Assembly: GCA_013265495.1 (NCBI GenBank)
Contig: MU061538.1
Coordinates: 932,001-996,000 of the forward strand
Direction: 5' to 3'
Length of the DNA stretch: 64,000 bases
Source of the DNA: Vicugna vicugna
Taxonomy: Eukaryota
The position numbers and the translations under genes are program-made. This document shows positions 1 to 12,880 of the stretch, piece after piece (positions within the stretch are counted from its first letter, which is position 1; every line of letters begins with the position of its first letter). The notes under the pieces were generated by a model that worked only from the letters and a program-made list of their open reading frames with translations, did not search any database and was not told the origin of the DNA.

Positions 1-435
1 CAAGAAAACCTTGACTCATCAAAAATGTACAAATTTTATCAATGTGGAAATTTTACAGATTTTATAAATAAATCGTCACAGTTTTTTTTAACCTATCAGA
101 TGAGTGAAGATTTAAAATATTGGTAATGTCCAGTAAGTAAATATTTGTAAAATGTTAATAAAGTATTTTATTTTATATAGATTATATTAGTAAAATATTG
201 GGTTTTTTTAAAGTAAGTAAAATATTGGTAATATTCCTCAGTAAATAAGTCCACACTGAGGTCTTAGGTTTTGCCCCAAGATCAGTGCCACGAGTGAGGA
301 GAAGGAAACCCATTTAACTGGACCACCAAGCCTAGTTCTCCAGTATCAGCTTTCTTGGTAATTAAGATATGTTGCCTGCATCTACCAGGTAGTTTCCAAA
401 ATTTCTACATTGGCTAAGGACATGTCTGTCAATAT

Positions 436-578
436 TTTTTAGTTTCCTATCATTGCTATAACAAATTAGCACAAACATAGTGGCTTCAACAACGCAAACG
501 TATTATCTCACCGTTCTGGAGGTCAGAACCTCACTGGGCTAGCATCAAGGTGTCTGCAGGACTCTATTCCTCCTGAGG
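436..578 (-). mobile_element. MLT1 (ERVL-MaLR) LTR fragment
   Basis: 'tttcctatcattgctataacaaattagcacaaacatagtggcttcaacaac...ttctggaggtcagaa...atcaaggtgtctgcagg' matches the recalled MLT1C/D terminal consensus. Confidence 0.7.
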
Positions 579-1288
579 AGTGGGCCTAACCTTTATCTCA
601 CCATTGCCCTGGTGTTGGGCACTTAAGTTGACACCATTTTGTCATTGCTACAAATTTTGCTGCAAGAACTTCCTCGCCCACAAGAGCGAGTTCTTCCTGC
701 AGGAAGGACTCCCCAAAGCAGGGAGCCGTGTTGCAGGCAGCAGGCTCACCCTGGCAGGGTCCCCAGAGCATACACCCCTCTGCTTTGGGGCCATCCTGGT
801 GAGCCCTGGGAGTGCTGGCTCCAGTGCCTCTAGAGTGAGTCCAGAGAGAACGTTCAATAAATTAACACCAAGGTCACTGGACACCCCAGGCTGGAAATTT
901 ACTCCTTCCATTTACTATCCCAAATTATGCCCAGCCACATTGACCAGTGCATTCACCAGAGCTCATGCAATGAGCTTAAATGATCACATTTAGATTCTCC
1001 AACAATAAAATGCCAAGAAAATTCCAATGAGTAAAACTGTAAAGGAATACACAGAAAATTTTGTTGCCAACATAGCGATGGTTGTTACTGATCAGAGAAG
1101 ACCTTGGAGCGAGATTGGAGGTTACTGGCAACGTTGTTTCTCAACGTTCAACAATGTTTCCCCACACATGGTCTTCCCAGGGGAGTCTGCTTTGGTACTG
1201 TGCTTTAAAATGTTGATATATGTTTAATACAGTTTCTGTGTGTGGAACGATTTTGATGATAACTTTCTCTTAGAAAAAGCAACTTCAT

Positions 1289-1644
1289 TGTCTCAGTTCA
1301 GGCTGCTGTGACTGGCTGCCACAGGCTGGGAGGCTTATTTACAACAGAAATTCATTCCCCACAGTTTCGGAAGCTGAAGGCCCCAGATCAAGGCTGGAAG
1401 ATTTGAGGTCAGGTGAGAACCCGCCTCCTGGTTCATAGCTGGTGACTTCCCTGTGTCCTCACGTGGGGGAAGGGACGAAGGAGCTCTCTGGAAGGGAGCC
1501 TCCTTTTATTAAGGGCCCTAATCCCACTCGTGAAGGCTCCACCTTGTGATCTAATCACCTCCCAAGGGGCCCACCTCCTAAAACCATCACATTTCGGCTT
1601 AGGATTCAACATATGAATAGGGGTGGGGCACGCATTCCATAACA
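1289..1644 (-). mobile_element. MLT1A-type solo LTR, near full length
   Basis: TG...CA ends, 5-bp target-site duplication ttcat (1284-1288)/gtcat (1645-1649), diagnostic 'ctaatcacctcccaaggggcccacctcctaaaaccatcac...ggattcaacatatgaat'. Confidence 0.85.
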
Positions 1645-1729
1645 GTCATTAATAAAATGGGAACAATAAAATGCCATAAATTTGAACATACACTCCTCTC
1701 CCATTATCACATTCCAGGGGAGGTTAAAG

Positions 1730-2260
1730 TACAAAAATTAAATCGCCTTGCAAGATTAAAATGCAAAGGTGAAAAAGTCCAAAGGAATCAAAACGTGCAA
1801 AAACAGGCAGAAATGAAAGGAGAAGAAGAAAATTTGCCAGTAAGAGCTGTCGATTTCACTTTCCCACTTTGAATGCCAAATAGACCATCCAGAGAGAAGG
1901 TCAACAAGGAAGAAAGCCCTCCATGCCACTCTCAGCCAACTTGACCTCACAGACGGTGGCGCACAGCCAGCACCCACAGCAGAACCCCCGCTCCTCCAGG
2001 GGCACGTGCCAGAGCAGGCAACAAAGCAGGTTCTCCAACCACAATGGGATGAAATTAGAAGTCCAGAATGGGGAAAGTGTGGGAAACTCACAAATGTGGA
2101 AGTGAAATAGATGACTTCTAGGAAGCCCATGGATCAAAGAAAAAGTCCAAAGGGAAACCAGAAAGCACTGTGAGGTGAGTGAAAAATCGAGATAACAGAC
2201 CGGAGACCACAGCAGGGGTTCCACGGCAATTAAGGAAGGGTAGAGAAGACTGCAGGTTCC
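1730..2260 (+). mobile_element. Decayed L1 ORF2 fragment (endonuclease region)
   Basis: ORF 1923..2105 contains 'FSNHNGMKLEV', matching the L1 endonuclease motif SDHNGIKLEI; A-rich L1-like composition; frame broken by stops. Confidence 0.75.
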
Positions 2261-4221
2261 TAAAAACGCAGCGGCCGGATCCCTGCCAGATGCTCTCAGT
2301 TCCTGTCAGAAGTGTAATTACGCACCGACCTGAGGGATGGGGAGTTTGGCCTGTGCAAACTCTCCCTTTCAGAAAGTGGTGCTCCAGACATGGTGGCCTT
2401 CCATCTTGCAAACTTCACAGATCTGTGTGCTGGCAGACCCAATAGCCAGATTTGAGTGCTTTTCTCTCCTTGCCCAAATATCCCAAACCCCTGAGCTCTT
2501 TGCCCCTGCGTGTCTCTGATGCTGGATGCCCACTGAGTCTGAGCTCCGCCCGGGACATCGGCTGCACGTTGGCTGCACGGGGAGCCGTTTCAAGCCACGA
2601 CGGCCCTCTGCCTGTGGCCCCTCACTTAGGGAAGCTTCCTCCTACCCCACGTTGGCTCCAGCTGAGCTTCCCGAGCTGAGCCTTCTGTGGGAGTTGCCAT
2701 GGGAGCACGAGGAGCCCTTCCCTCCGTCTGCCCTCCTCCAGTCCCTGTCCTTCCCCGCCCAGCACGTTCCACGCCTTGAGCTGCAGTTGAGGTCATGCTG
2801 CTGTGGCTGCCGGACCGCCCTCCTCCCGAGAACCCAGGCTGGGGGCTCAGTTGCCCTCCCAAGCCAGTCCTTCGCCCAGGGTCTCGCCTGCTGCAGGATC
2901 AGCACAGTCTGAGCACATGTGGTATTCTCAGGTGGGCCATGCCACTTCAGCTGCAGTCACCCAATAAGGTCAGCATTGCAGGTGGCCCCAGACCAGCGTC
3001 CTCTTCCCCCGTGGCAGCAAAATGCCAGCTGTACAGTGGCAGGAAGTAGCTGCCTAGCAGGCTGGGAGCGGCCCAGCCCTGGGAAGAGCCACCCTGGTGA
3101 GCTGGGGCTCAGGGTGCTGCTCTGAAGCCCAGGGGGGCATGCCGATGCCCCGCCAGGCCTGTGTCCTCAGAGGTGCGTTTATAACTTTATGTAGGACCAC
3201 GTCCTCCTGGAGAGAGAGGGGTCCTGGCCGGGCGGTGACCTGGAGGGGCAGGGGCATAGGTCACGAAGACAAGGGAGGCAGAGGGAGCCATGGGGCAGGG
3301 CCGGCTGGTCTCACGGCCGGATGGGAAGCAGGAGGCAGGTGCATGCGGAGGGACGCCCAGAGATGCTGATTCCACATGGGCCGGCTTACGTTCATCAGGG
3401 GCACCTTTTCTGCTCTGTGTCATCAAGCTCTTTATGATTAAGGACTATGATTTTTTAAACTAGAAATTGGACTGTGTCCTACACAAAACAGCCCACGCCC
3501 TCATCATTTCCAGGCTCGTTGCAGGGATGCTGGGTTATTCTTCAGGGAAACCTTATTCACACTGTCAGCAGCAGGTTAAGCCATATTCACGGGTACCTAT
3601 GCTTGCTTGCAACATTCAAAGGAAGCTGAAGCTGAAGATGTTTTCCTCGTGGCCAGCACTGCGCAGGGGTGGGTTTGGGTCCCAGGCCTGCCCTCCCCAG
3701 CTGCGTGGCCTTGGCTAAGTCGTCTACCTTCAGCGACTTCACCTGCCGAGTGGGCCAGATGCTCCCTGAGCGGACAGCCTGGGCCTGATCCACATGGCTC
3801 TCAAACCAAGGCGTGGGGCCTGTACTCTGGTGACACAAGCATGTCGGATAAGCCTCGTCTTTTTAGACTGCTGTTATCAGCACTAAACATCTAGAGCATT
3901 TTGCTAGGTTCATAGGCCAAAACAATTTTTTTTACCAATAAACAATCTCGAAAGACCAACGATTAATATGCTGTTAACATTCCACCGCTGCTATTTTTAT
4001 GCATTATCACATCGTCATTTTAATCATTTAAAAAGGTTAGACAATTAGAAGTGTGTTTGGCAGCCAGTCAGCCTGGGGAAGACGGAGGACAGGGTGCAGG
4101 AGCGCCCGACACCCTCGCACAGCCACGAGCTGCCAGAGCCCACAAGGGGAGCCCCTCTTCCTGAAGCCCAGCCCAAGTGTTCGGTCTGCGAGCAAACTGT
4201 ATTTGGGAAAGATACACTTAC

Positions 4222-4269
4222 ACTTCTGATTAAATTCCCCTGAAATAATTAATGCTGGAGTGTACAAAC
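4222..4269 (-). other. Candidate 48-bp internal exon of the minus-strand transcript
   Basis: Minus strand reads ttttattttccatgccag|GTTTGTAC...AATCAGAAGT|gtaagt: pyrimidine tract + AG acceptor and a canonical GTAAGT donor. No homology support. Confidence 0.3.
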
Positions 4270-5329
4270 CTGGCATGGAAAATAAAAGCTACTATTCATT
4301 GACCGGTCACTTTCCGTTGGGCATTACACTGAAAGCTGCAGGGATTTTTATTATGTAACTCCTTACAGCTGGGGAGGAAGAGAGTTAGCAGTTTGACTGC
4401 TGGCCAGCACGGGGCAGCTGGGATTCAAATCCAGAGTTCCTGTGTAACTCCAAAGCTGGTGCTTCCCCTGAAACACATCACTTTATAATCTATGGTCTGC
4501 CAGGGTTTAATTTCTAGCAACATAAAGAGGCTTTGCCTCAAAGGTTTCCATAAAACTTTTTTTGTTTGTTTGTTTACTCTGGGGGAAAAAAGTGCTGTAA
4601 AACTAGCTGACTTTGTAAAGACAATATTGCAAAGAGCACTTCACTTAAGTACCTCCTGATAGTTACACATCAGGGCAGCAGTCCGCTGCCAAAGAATGAA
4701 GACATTTTATTTAAAATTACACTGGCGCAAGACCATCAAAGTATCCTTAACATTTTCATTAAATTGAGATACAGATATACTTAGGGTAGTAAATCTCTTC
4801 TGATACAAAGAGTGCACTTGAGAGCCAAGGTTCAAAAGAAAATCCAGAAACACGGACACCTTGTTCAGAGCCCTCAACGTGCAGCCGGGCCACACGGTCA
4901 ACGGCAACTGGATCAGGATCTATGAGGGTGAGCCTCCAGCTGTGCCCTCGCTGAAGTCTGCACCAGCACCGCGGGCAGCAGGCGTCGGCAGGGGTGGAGA
5001 CAGCCAGATTGTCACTCCCGGATCCCAAGGGGACAGGGTGGGGGCGCACCCTGGGGGGCCACAGGGGAGGCACCAGAGCAGGGCAGGAGGGTCAGGAGGT
5101 TCAGGGGGCGGGGGTGGGGGGAGCACTCACTGTGGCTTCTGCGGGAAGGAACGAGCGAGGCAGTGCCAGCAGGCTCAGGACTGGCCCGTGGGAATTATTT
5201 CCGCTGACCCTGGGGCACAGGGGCTGCCCCTCCTGGTTGAGACCTGCCCGGAGCCTGGTGGAGAAGGGGAGGCTGGGGTGTGGACCCTGCAGTGCTCATT
5301 TGCGATTGTAATGTGCACTCACAGGTGAA

Positions 5330-5623
5330 TGGTGTTGCTGTCTGTGGGAACTGGCTAACCCTGCGGCAGCTGTCCGTCTGTCCGGTGCCATTGAGGCCCC
5401 AGAGGCTGGCTCCCTAGCCCCCGCCAGCTGACAGGCAGGAGAGGGCAGCACGTAGGCTGTGGAGCCTTCCATGGGCACAGGCCCGCGGGAGACCTTGAGG
5501 GACAACCGCCCAGCTAACCGGCCCCAAATTCCCCGCCTCCAGGCACTGAGGTGCTGGATGTTTACTGTTTTAAGCCACCAAGTGCCAGGGCAATTTGTCA
5601 GGCAGTGATGCATTGCTGACACA
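5330..5623 (+). mobile_element. MLT1 LTR fragment
   Basis: 3' end 'tgtttactgttttaagccaccaagt...caatttgtcaggcagtgatgcattgctgacaca' resembles the MLT1 3' terminus. Confidence 0.55.
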
Positions 5624-6147
5624 CAGCTGGGTCTGTGAGGTGTCGGCAAGGCCAGGCCTGTGGGTCTGGGGCGCAGTCACGCTGGAGCTCAGCAGTGCAT
5701 TTACAAGTGCTGGAACCGGTTTCTAGTCAGTTCCAGGGATTTCCAGATGGACGTCCGGTGCTGGTGGGGGTGGACTCCTGCACCTGTGCTCTGCTCTGCT
5801 CTGCAGACGCCCGCCTGACGGGAAATGGCCAGTGACCGAGGAGGGGGTTGAGGTGACCACAGGCTCCTCCCAACCAGAGGGTCTGAACAGATGCAACGAC
5901 ACCTCCAAGCCTGCACTGTGCCCCTACGTCACCCGGGGCCACACTGACACTTGTAAGAAAGAAAGTTTCGTGGTAGCTCACCTGCTTCTGAAATGCCTGC
6001 TCTGCTCCTCTCACCCCTGTCTCACTGGTCATACCTGGACTCTGCTCAGAGAGCACTCAGGGTCCGCCCAAGGCCACCAGAGATTTTCCACCAGCTGGTG
6101 GGGCTGTGGGGAGAGTGTGTCCCAGGATGGGTTGGATTCATTTGAAC

Positions 6148-6234
6148 TTTTTTTAATGGAGGTACCGGGAATTGAACCCAGGACCTCATGAATGCTAAGC
6201 ACGCGCTTTACCACTGAGCTCTACCCGCCCCAGC
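6148..6234 (-). mobile_element. tRNA-derived SINE (camelid Vic-1-like)
   Basis: Reverse complement of the A-box/B-box head (gagctcagtgg...gggttcaattccc), poly(T) tail, TSD catttgaacttt/catttgagcttt. Confidence 0.9.
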
Positions 6235-6589
6235 CATTTGAGCTTTTAAAGTTATTTGAAAATTATGAAACTTGCAGAAAGGTCACCAGCACAGCTCCCT
6301 CGCGGCTCAACCGCTCTGTGTAACTGTCTCCCGACCCATTTGAGAGTAAGTTGCAGAGTTTCTCCCCCCCCCCCCCAGTTTACCCGTTGTGAATCTTCAA
6401 CCTCATTTTATCAGAAGAGGTTACTTTCAAAAGATCGTTAAGAGCCGGCACACAGGGCACTTTGTGCTTCCTGTCTTGCTCTGTCTTAGCCTCCATCCCT
6501 CCCCTGCCTCGCTTGCGCACGAACTTAAAACATGGGCACGTGTGGTATATTTTGAGCCCCGTTTTTCCCCTTAAAATGTGCCCAGGGCT

Positions 6590-7140
6590 AGAATAAATCG
6601 CGGCGCCTGTCTCGCGTGAGAGCCAGGTCCTCCTCGCTCCGGCACAGGCAGGCGACGCCCCTCTGCGCCCACGAGCGACCCCCCAACCCCGGGCCGTCGG
6701 AGAGGCCCGCTCGCTGCCCCTGCCGAGCGCTCACAGGCGCGCAGGCCGGAGGCGGCCGCAGAGCCTTCCGCACAGGCCTCCGCCGCGGCCCGCGCGCGGG
6801 GCGACGCCCTGGCACCGCGCCGGCTCCGCTCCTTCGGTCCCGGGCCCTCGCGCAGGCGGCGCCAGGCCTGCGAGTGGTCGGCGCCTGCCGCCGGCCCCGC
6901 CGGGGTGCCCTCCCGCCCGCTCCCCCGCGCGGGGCGCCCGTCCGTCTGGCGGCGTCCGCCTCTGCACCGGCTCCCCACGTTCAGGCGCGCGGGCCTTGCT
7001 CGTCTCCGCCCGCCCTGGAAGGTGTGGGGCGTGCCTGAGTTTCTGGTTAGCGGATGCAGCTGGGATCCTGCCCGGCGGCGCAGACACGTTCTCAAGCAGC
7101 AGACGAGTCTCCTCGAAGTGTGGACTCCGCCAGTCCTCTG
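6590..7140 (-). promoter_or_regulatory. CpG-island promoter, probable non-coding first exon on the minus strand
   Basis: Very high GC and CpG density, GC boxes, BANP/ZBTB33-like near-palindrome tctcgcgtgaga (6610-6621), NRF1-like gcgcaggcg, candidate minus-strand donor CCT|gtgagc at 6735/6734. Strand is inferred. Confidence 0.75.
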
Positions 7141-7380
7141 GGCCGTCCCAGTCTAACTCGAAAGCAAACGTGTTTTCAGTAACAAACGATTGAAAGGCAC
7201 ACACAGTGTATCTCAGAGGTGAAGGAGTCATCGCATCTTAATGTTACAAACAGAAGTTAATGCAGATGTGGCAGGCTGCTACGGCCACAAAACGTTTCTA
7301 GTCCACCTTCCAGAACCTGGCCACACAGCTTCCATTCAAGAGTCTAAAGAATGAGCTAACCTAACCTGATTTTACTCATG

Positions 7381-7893
7381 ATTTTTTATTGTGGTAAAAT
7401 ACCCACGACATAAGATTTACCATTTTAGCCTTTTTTTTAAGTGTACAGCTCATTGGCATTAAGTCCATTTACCGTGCTGTGCTACCATCCCTACCATCCA
7501 CCCTAGAACTTGTTCATCTTCCCAAACTGAAGTGCTGCCCCATGAGCACTAATGCCCCTCGCCCCAGCCCCCAGCCCCTACCTTCTGTCTGTGTGAATGT
7601 GACCACTCTAGGTCCTCATGTAAGTAGAATCATTTCGTGTTTGTCCTTCTGTGTCTGGCTTATTTCACTGAACACAGTGTCCTCAAGGTTCATCCATGTT
7701 GTAGCAGGGAACAGAATTTCCTTCCTTTTCATGGCTGAATAATATCCCCTTTATGGAGGGACCTCAGTCAGTTTGTCCATTCATCTGCTGGGGGACATTT
7801 GGGTAGTTTCCACCTTCTGGCTGCTGTGGACAGTGCTCTGACCATTGGTGTCCAAGCATGTTTGAGTCCCTATTTTCAATTTCTTTGGGCACA
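7381..7893 (-). mobile_element. L1MB-type LINE 3' end
   Basis: 'ttttttattgtggtaaaatac...tttaccattttag...ttaagtgtacag...tggcttatttcactgaac...aggttcatccatgttgtagca' is the classic antisense L1M 3' UTR. Confidence 0.85.
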
Positions 7894-7923
7894 CAGTGAA
7901 GAGTTGAGTAAAACTAAACTTAA

Positions 7924-8070
7924 GGGGGGAGGGTATAGCTCAGTGGTAAAGTGCATGCCTCACATGCACGAGGTCCTGGGCTCAATCCCCTGGGCCTCTG
8001 TTAAAAATAAGTAAATAAACTGAATCATCTCCCATCCAAAAACAAAACAACAATAACAACAACAAAAAAA
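7924..8070 (+). mobile_element. tRNA-derived SINE (Vic-1-like), near full length
   Basis: ggggagggtatagctcagtggtaaagtgcatgcctcacatgcacgaggtcctgggctcaatccc followed by an A-rich tail. Confidence 0.9.
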
Positions 8071-8644
8071 CCTGAACTGTTAAGGTAAACGTCTCTGCTA
8101 TGGCAAAATCACAGCCACAAAATGAAAACATGAAATCCCGTATGCACAGGAAAACAAAGGATGACTTAGTTGCTTTTCCACCCAAGTCGGTTTCTCAGAG
8201 AACAATTGCAAGACTGTGGCTCCGCGGGGAAGAGGGACGCAGGGCTTCAGATGCATGGACGCTTCCCCCTGGAAACTGGAGACGGCACCGGTTCACAGTC
8301 TGTTTAAGAGCACGAGCCCTGGGACTCTGTAATAAGAAAAATACACAGAGTGCAGTAGAGACAAACATTTTGAACGACAACTTATTCGTAGCCTGGAATC
8401 TGGCTTTTATAGTCACTTGTACACAAAACACAGCAACATGATAAATGGACGCAGAGCCATAAATTCCAAACTAGAAAGCAAGCCTCTTAAAGCCACCTGT
8501 GGCTCGTCTTTCAAATTAAATTTGCTAAGTAGGTTTATGATTGTGTTTTTCCTGAGGAAGTGTGACTACTTAAAAATATTTTATGCATTTTTGAGGCACA
8601 AAGACTGACATACAGATATTAAATAGAAGTGGGATGGATAGGTG

Positions 8645-8745
8645 TGGATTTGGTCCAGCCCTCTCATTTTACAGATTAGAAAATCTGAGCTCAGAGAAGT
8701 CAAGAAAATTACTCAAATGGATGCAAATTCCAGTTCTCATCCTTT
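8645..8745 (-). mobile_element. MIR SINE fragment
   Basis: 'ctcatttacagattagaaaatctgagctcagagaagtcaag' MIR core. Confidence 0.6.
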
Positions 8746-9059
8746 ACATTAATATCATGATGCCTTGTTTATTATCCTAAAATTATCTCAATCTTGTTTC
8801 AGAGAGAGCCTCCTTCCTGACAACTCAGGGCTGGGAGGACCATGAGCAAAGCACACAGAGGAGCAGCCAAGCCGGCTGCCTGCCCGGCGCCCTGGCCTGC
8901 GGTCTGCTTGTCTTCAGGCGGTGCCAGGAAGCCCTCTCTGTCAAGGGCACCTGCCCTGTGTCCTCATTTCCTAGATCTTGTGCCTTATCTGTTGATCTGG
9001 AAATAAGTGGCCAAGAATTACTGTTTCATCTGCTCAGGTGACATCATGGAAAGTTTTAA

Positions 9060-11095
9060 GGCTTCTTATTGGGGGAAATTTTAGACATATGCAAAAGCAG
9101 AGACGTATCGTAAAACCTCACGTACCGATTAGCTTCAACAATTAGCAACCCGTCACTGGTCTTGTTGCCTCTGTGGTCACCTGCTTCCCCCACTCCCACC
9201 CATCCTCTTCCAGCCCCAGTTATTTTGACGCTAACCCCAAATGCTGTATCATTTCATCCGTAAGCATTTCAAGGTGGGTCACTAAAAGGCAAGGACTACT
9301 TTTTTCCCCTAAACCACAACTGCAGTTCTTTGGCACACCCAAAGGGATTCAAAACAATGACATAACTTGTGGGCATAAAATGTGCAGTGTGGGGAGTATA
9401 GTCAATAACTGTCATATCTTTGTATGGTGACCTTGTGACTAGACATTGTGGTGATCCTTTTGAAATGTATAGAAATATGGAATCACTACGTTGTGCACCA
9501 GGAACTAACATAGTGTTGTAGGTCAGTTATACGCAAAAAATAAACAGACTCATAGAAAAAGAGATCAGATTTGTGGTTATGAAGCGGATTGGGTGGAGGT
9601 GGTCTAGACGTACAAACTTCCAGTCACGAGACGTCTAAGCACCAAGGATGTAACGCACACGATGAAGAAGAACTGCCGGAGGTCCTACGTGACAGTTGTT
9701 AACAGAGTGCATCCTGAGTTCTCATCCCAAGGACGTATTTTTTCCTTTTTTCCCCTTTGTATCCATGTGAGATGATGGATATTGACCAAACTTGTTATAG
9801 TCATCATTTCATGGTATTTGCAAGTCAAGTCATGATGCCGGACACCTTAAATTGATACAGTGCTGTGTGTCAACTACATCTCATAAAACTGGAGGGGAAC
9901 AGTGAGCTAGCAGTGCACTGCAAATAACACTAAATTGCTTAATCCGTCAAGTATCCAGGTGGGGTTTGGAGTCCCTGATTGTCTAATAATTTTTCACTTT
10001 GTGTCAGGATTCAAATAAAGGTCACAGGTCACAATTTGTTGATATGTCTCTAAAGTGTCCTTTAATCTCTAGGTGCCCCCTTTATTTCTGTCTTTTTCAA
10101 CAATTCATTTTTGAAGAGACCGGGAGGTGCTTTGCGTGGAAAGCCCCACAGCGTGTTACGCAAATGCACCCCTCTGGTGGGGAGGAAGGTGCTCCCCTGG
10201 AGACGAGAAGTCGGATGGGGGCTGGGCCGCTGCAGGTTCAGTGTTTGGCAGGACTAGTTCCCAGGTGGTGTCGCGCTGGTCACGTTAACTGTCACCGTAT
10301 CCTGGACGCCATGAGGGTTTGCCAAGCAGAGGGACTTTGGTGTCTACATTCCAATCCATCCTTCTTCATTTCTAGTGAAAAACTGCTATCGAGAGGAACT
10401 TCCCCTCATCAGCATTCCATGACCCAGTACAACGACTCCGGGAAGAGAGGGCAAGTGCTTCACTGGTTTTCCCTTCGGCCACTAGCTTTGAAAATGACAC
10501 GTGTTTCCTGGGTACTCTCCAAATGTCAGCAGCTGTGCAATAAGGAACTTGGCTGGCCTTTTTCTGACCCCTAAGAGGGACACTCCAAGCCCCCCTGGGT
10601 CAGGGCGAGTCCTTGTTGCTCCCGTGGACCACGCCTGACCGCTCATGCTAACGAGGTGGCGGGGGGGGGGCAGCCCCGGGAAAGACCCAGCGCGTCCTGG
10701 GCGGGCGCTGACCCGGGCCGAAGTGGCTGGGAGCCAAGAAGCAGCCCTCTGTCAGCGCAGTCACACTGGGGTGCTGGGAGGTCAGCATCCCTGAGGACCA
10801 GGAAGCCCGCACGTGGGACACGCCCAGTCCTCACCCTGTGCCTCCTCACCAGTTTTTTATAAAGTATCAAAAAACCCCAAAAACCCCATGGTGGGCATGC
10901 TTTAGCCACTGCAACCGTCATCCTCACTAATGCTTGTACAACCCCAGCTTCGGCTGATGGGAGCCTCGCAGCCCCGGCTCCCGAGCCATCTGGCAGGACT
11001 CTTGTCACCTTTGATAGTGTCCTTGATCTGGAATGACAAGATATTCCAGGCTCAACTTATATAATTCCTGCTTCATTTTCGACACAGTCCATCAT
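9060..11095. mobile_element. Nested old L1 fragments (antisense L1MC-like interrupted by a sense L1 3' end at ~9350-9900)
   Basis: Sense 3'-UTR motifs 'gaatcactacgttgtgcaccaggaactaacatagtgttgtaggtc' and 'caccttaaattgatacagtgctgtgtgtcaactacatctca'; flanking antisense L1MC-like blocks. Confidence 0.6.
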
Positions 11096-11534
11096 TGTGT
11101 CTTCTGACCAAAACGCACTGCAGATGACAATACTGTATACAGACAAGTCGTTGCCGTGGGGAGTTCCTCACTCTTTCACTTTTTTTGTGAAAGATTTCAA
11201 GTGCAAGCACAGAGCGCTTAGCAAATTCCTGTGTACACACCACCTAGATTTGGGAAATATTTCCCACTTTCGCTTCTCATCCTTTTTCCTTAAAGAAATA
11301 GGAGTGTCAGGTACCGTTGGAGCCGCCTTCTGGCCTCCAGGTACCCCCCCCCTCGCAGAGGGGAGGCGTGCATCCTCCCCTCCACGTCATTCCGTTTTGC
11401 CGCCTACCTGTGTGTCCATGGATGGTATGGCTTGGAGTGTTGTTCTTTTATAGGTTATTTTTAATTTTTATCAAAGTAATATATCCACATGGCTTTCAAA
11501 ATCAAGTGATACCACAAGGCTTTAAACTAAAAGT

Positions 11535-12190
11535 AGGTCTCTTTTCCAACTCAACAGCAAAAAAGCAAAGAATTCGATTTAAAAATGGGCAAAGGAACTG
11601 AACAGTCATTTCTCCAAAGAAGACAAGCCAGTGGCCCTCAGATGTGTGAAAAGTGATCGAGGGCACTTGATCATCAGGGAGATGCAAATCAAAGCCACGC
11701 TGAGATGTTGCCTCCTACTGGCCAGGCCAGCTATTATCAAAGTAAACAAAACAACGCTGGTAAGGAGGTGGAGAAGAGGGAACCCTTGTGCCCTGTTGGT
11801 AGGGACGCAAATTGATGCAGCCACTGTGAAAAGCAGTACAAGTTTCTTCAAAAAATTAAAAACAGAACTACCAAATGGTTCAGCGACCCCACTCCTGGAA
11901 ACGTGCCCGACGGAAACGAAACGAGGCTCTGCAGGGGCCGTCTGCACTCGCAGGCTCACTGAGGCACTCTTCACGTTCGTTCTTCAATGCACGAACACAT
12001 ACAGAAAACCTGGCATGTATTTTATGTACAATATATACGTATACACATGTATGTATGATGGAATGCTACACAGCCTTTAAAAATAAGGAAATACTGCCAT
12101 GATAAAATAGGCAAATACTGTTTGCAGCGTCATGGATGAAGCTGAAGGACATTATGCACTAAATATGTACAGCTTTTTGTATATTTAAAA
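11535..12190 (+). mobile_element. L1M LINE, ORF2 C-terminus/3' region
   Basis: 'aaaaatgggcaaaggaactgaacagtcatttctccaaagaagac...atcagggagatgcaaatcaaa' (IIREMQIK in ORF 11631..12080). Confidence 0.85.
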
Positions 12191-12267
12191 AACTTTTTTT
12201 TTTAATTAGGTCTCTACCTCACCCTGCCCCCAACCCCACAGGTGGCCATTTTCAGTTCTTTCAGTGT

Positions 12268-12434
12268 TTTAATTTTGTTTTGTTTAAGTTTTTTAAAAAA
12301 TAATTTATTCTTATTTTTTAATAAGGTGGGGGGTTAGGTTTATTTATTTATTTTTAAATGGAGGGACTGGGGATTGAACCCAGGACCTCGTGCCTGCTAA
12401 GCACGTGCTCTGTGCCTGAGCTCTACCCTCCCCC
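12268..12434 (-). mobile_element. tRNA-derived SINE (Vic-1-like)
   Basis: ggggattgaacccaggacctcgtgcctgctaagcacgtgctct...tgagctctaccctcccc with T-rich tail. Confidence 0.9.
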
Positions 12435-12697
12435 ACCAATTCTTCTGGTTTTGATTCCAGTTGTTTCCTCCTAGTTTCTGTATAACGTGCACCTGCCTCC
12501 ATCTCTTGACTCTGCCACCTTCAGCACTCTTACATCGCGGTGACGTCATGTTGTGGCTGAGGATTTTAGCTCTCTGACACCACCTGCACCCCTCTTTTCG
12601 CAAGACAGGTGACTCACAATTTTATATTACATCTGCACTTAGTGATTTCATCATCATGATACTGTAAATACTGTCAGCGCTGAACCGAGTTCCGTGC

Positions 12698-12880
12698 CAG
12701 CGCTGTCCAGCGGGACGTTCTGTGGAGACGGAGACACTGCATCCGAGCTGTGTGATACCAGGCGTGTGTGGCTGTGAGCTTTGGTGACCAGCGCAGGAAC
12801 CGACTCTTATTTCATTCCAGTTAATTAAAGTGGAAGTACACACTTGCATCTCTTGGCAGTCATGGGGGGAGCACAGTAAA
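12698..12880. mobile_element. MER3-like hAT-Charlie DNA transposon
   Basis: Begins 'cagcgctgtccagcgggacgttctgtggagacgg', has 'tgtggctgtgagc' and 'ttatttcattccagttaattaaa' as in recalled MER3. Confidence 0.55.

Noticed and set aside
7924..7996. tRNA gene
   Set aside because: A/B boxes present but followed by a SINE body and A-rich tail; one of many dispersed diverged copies
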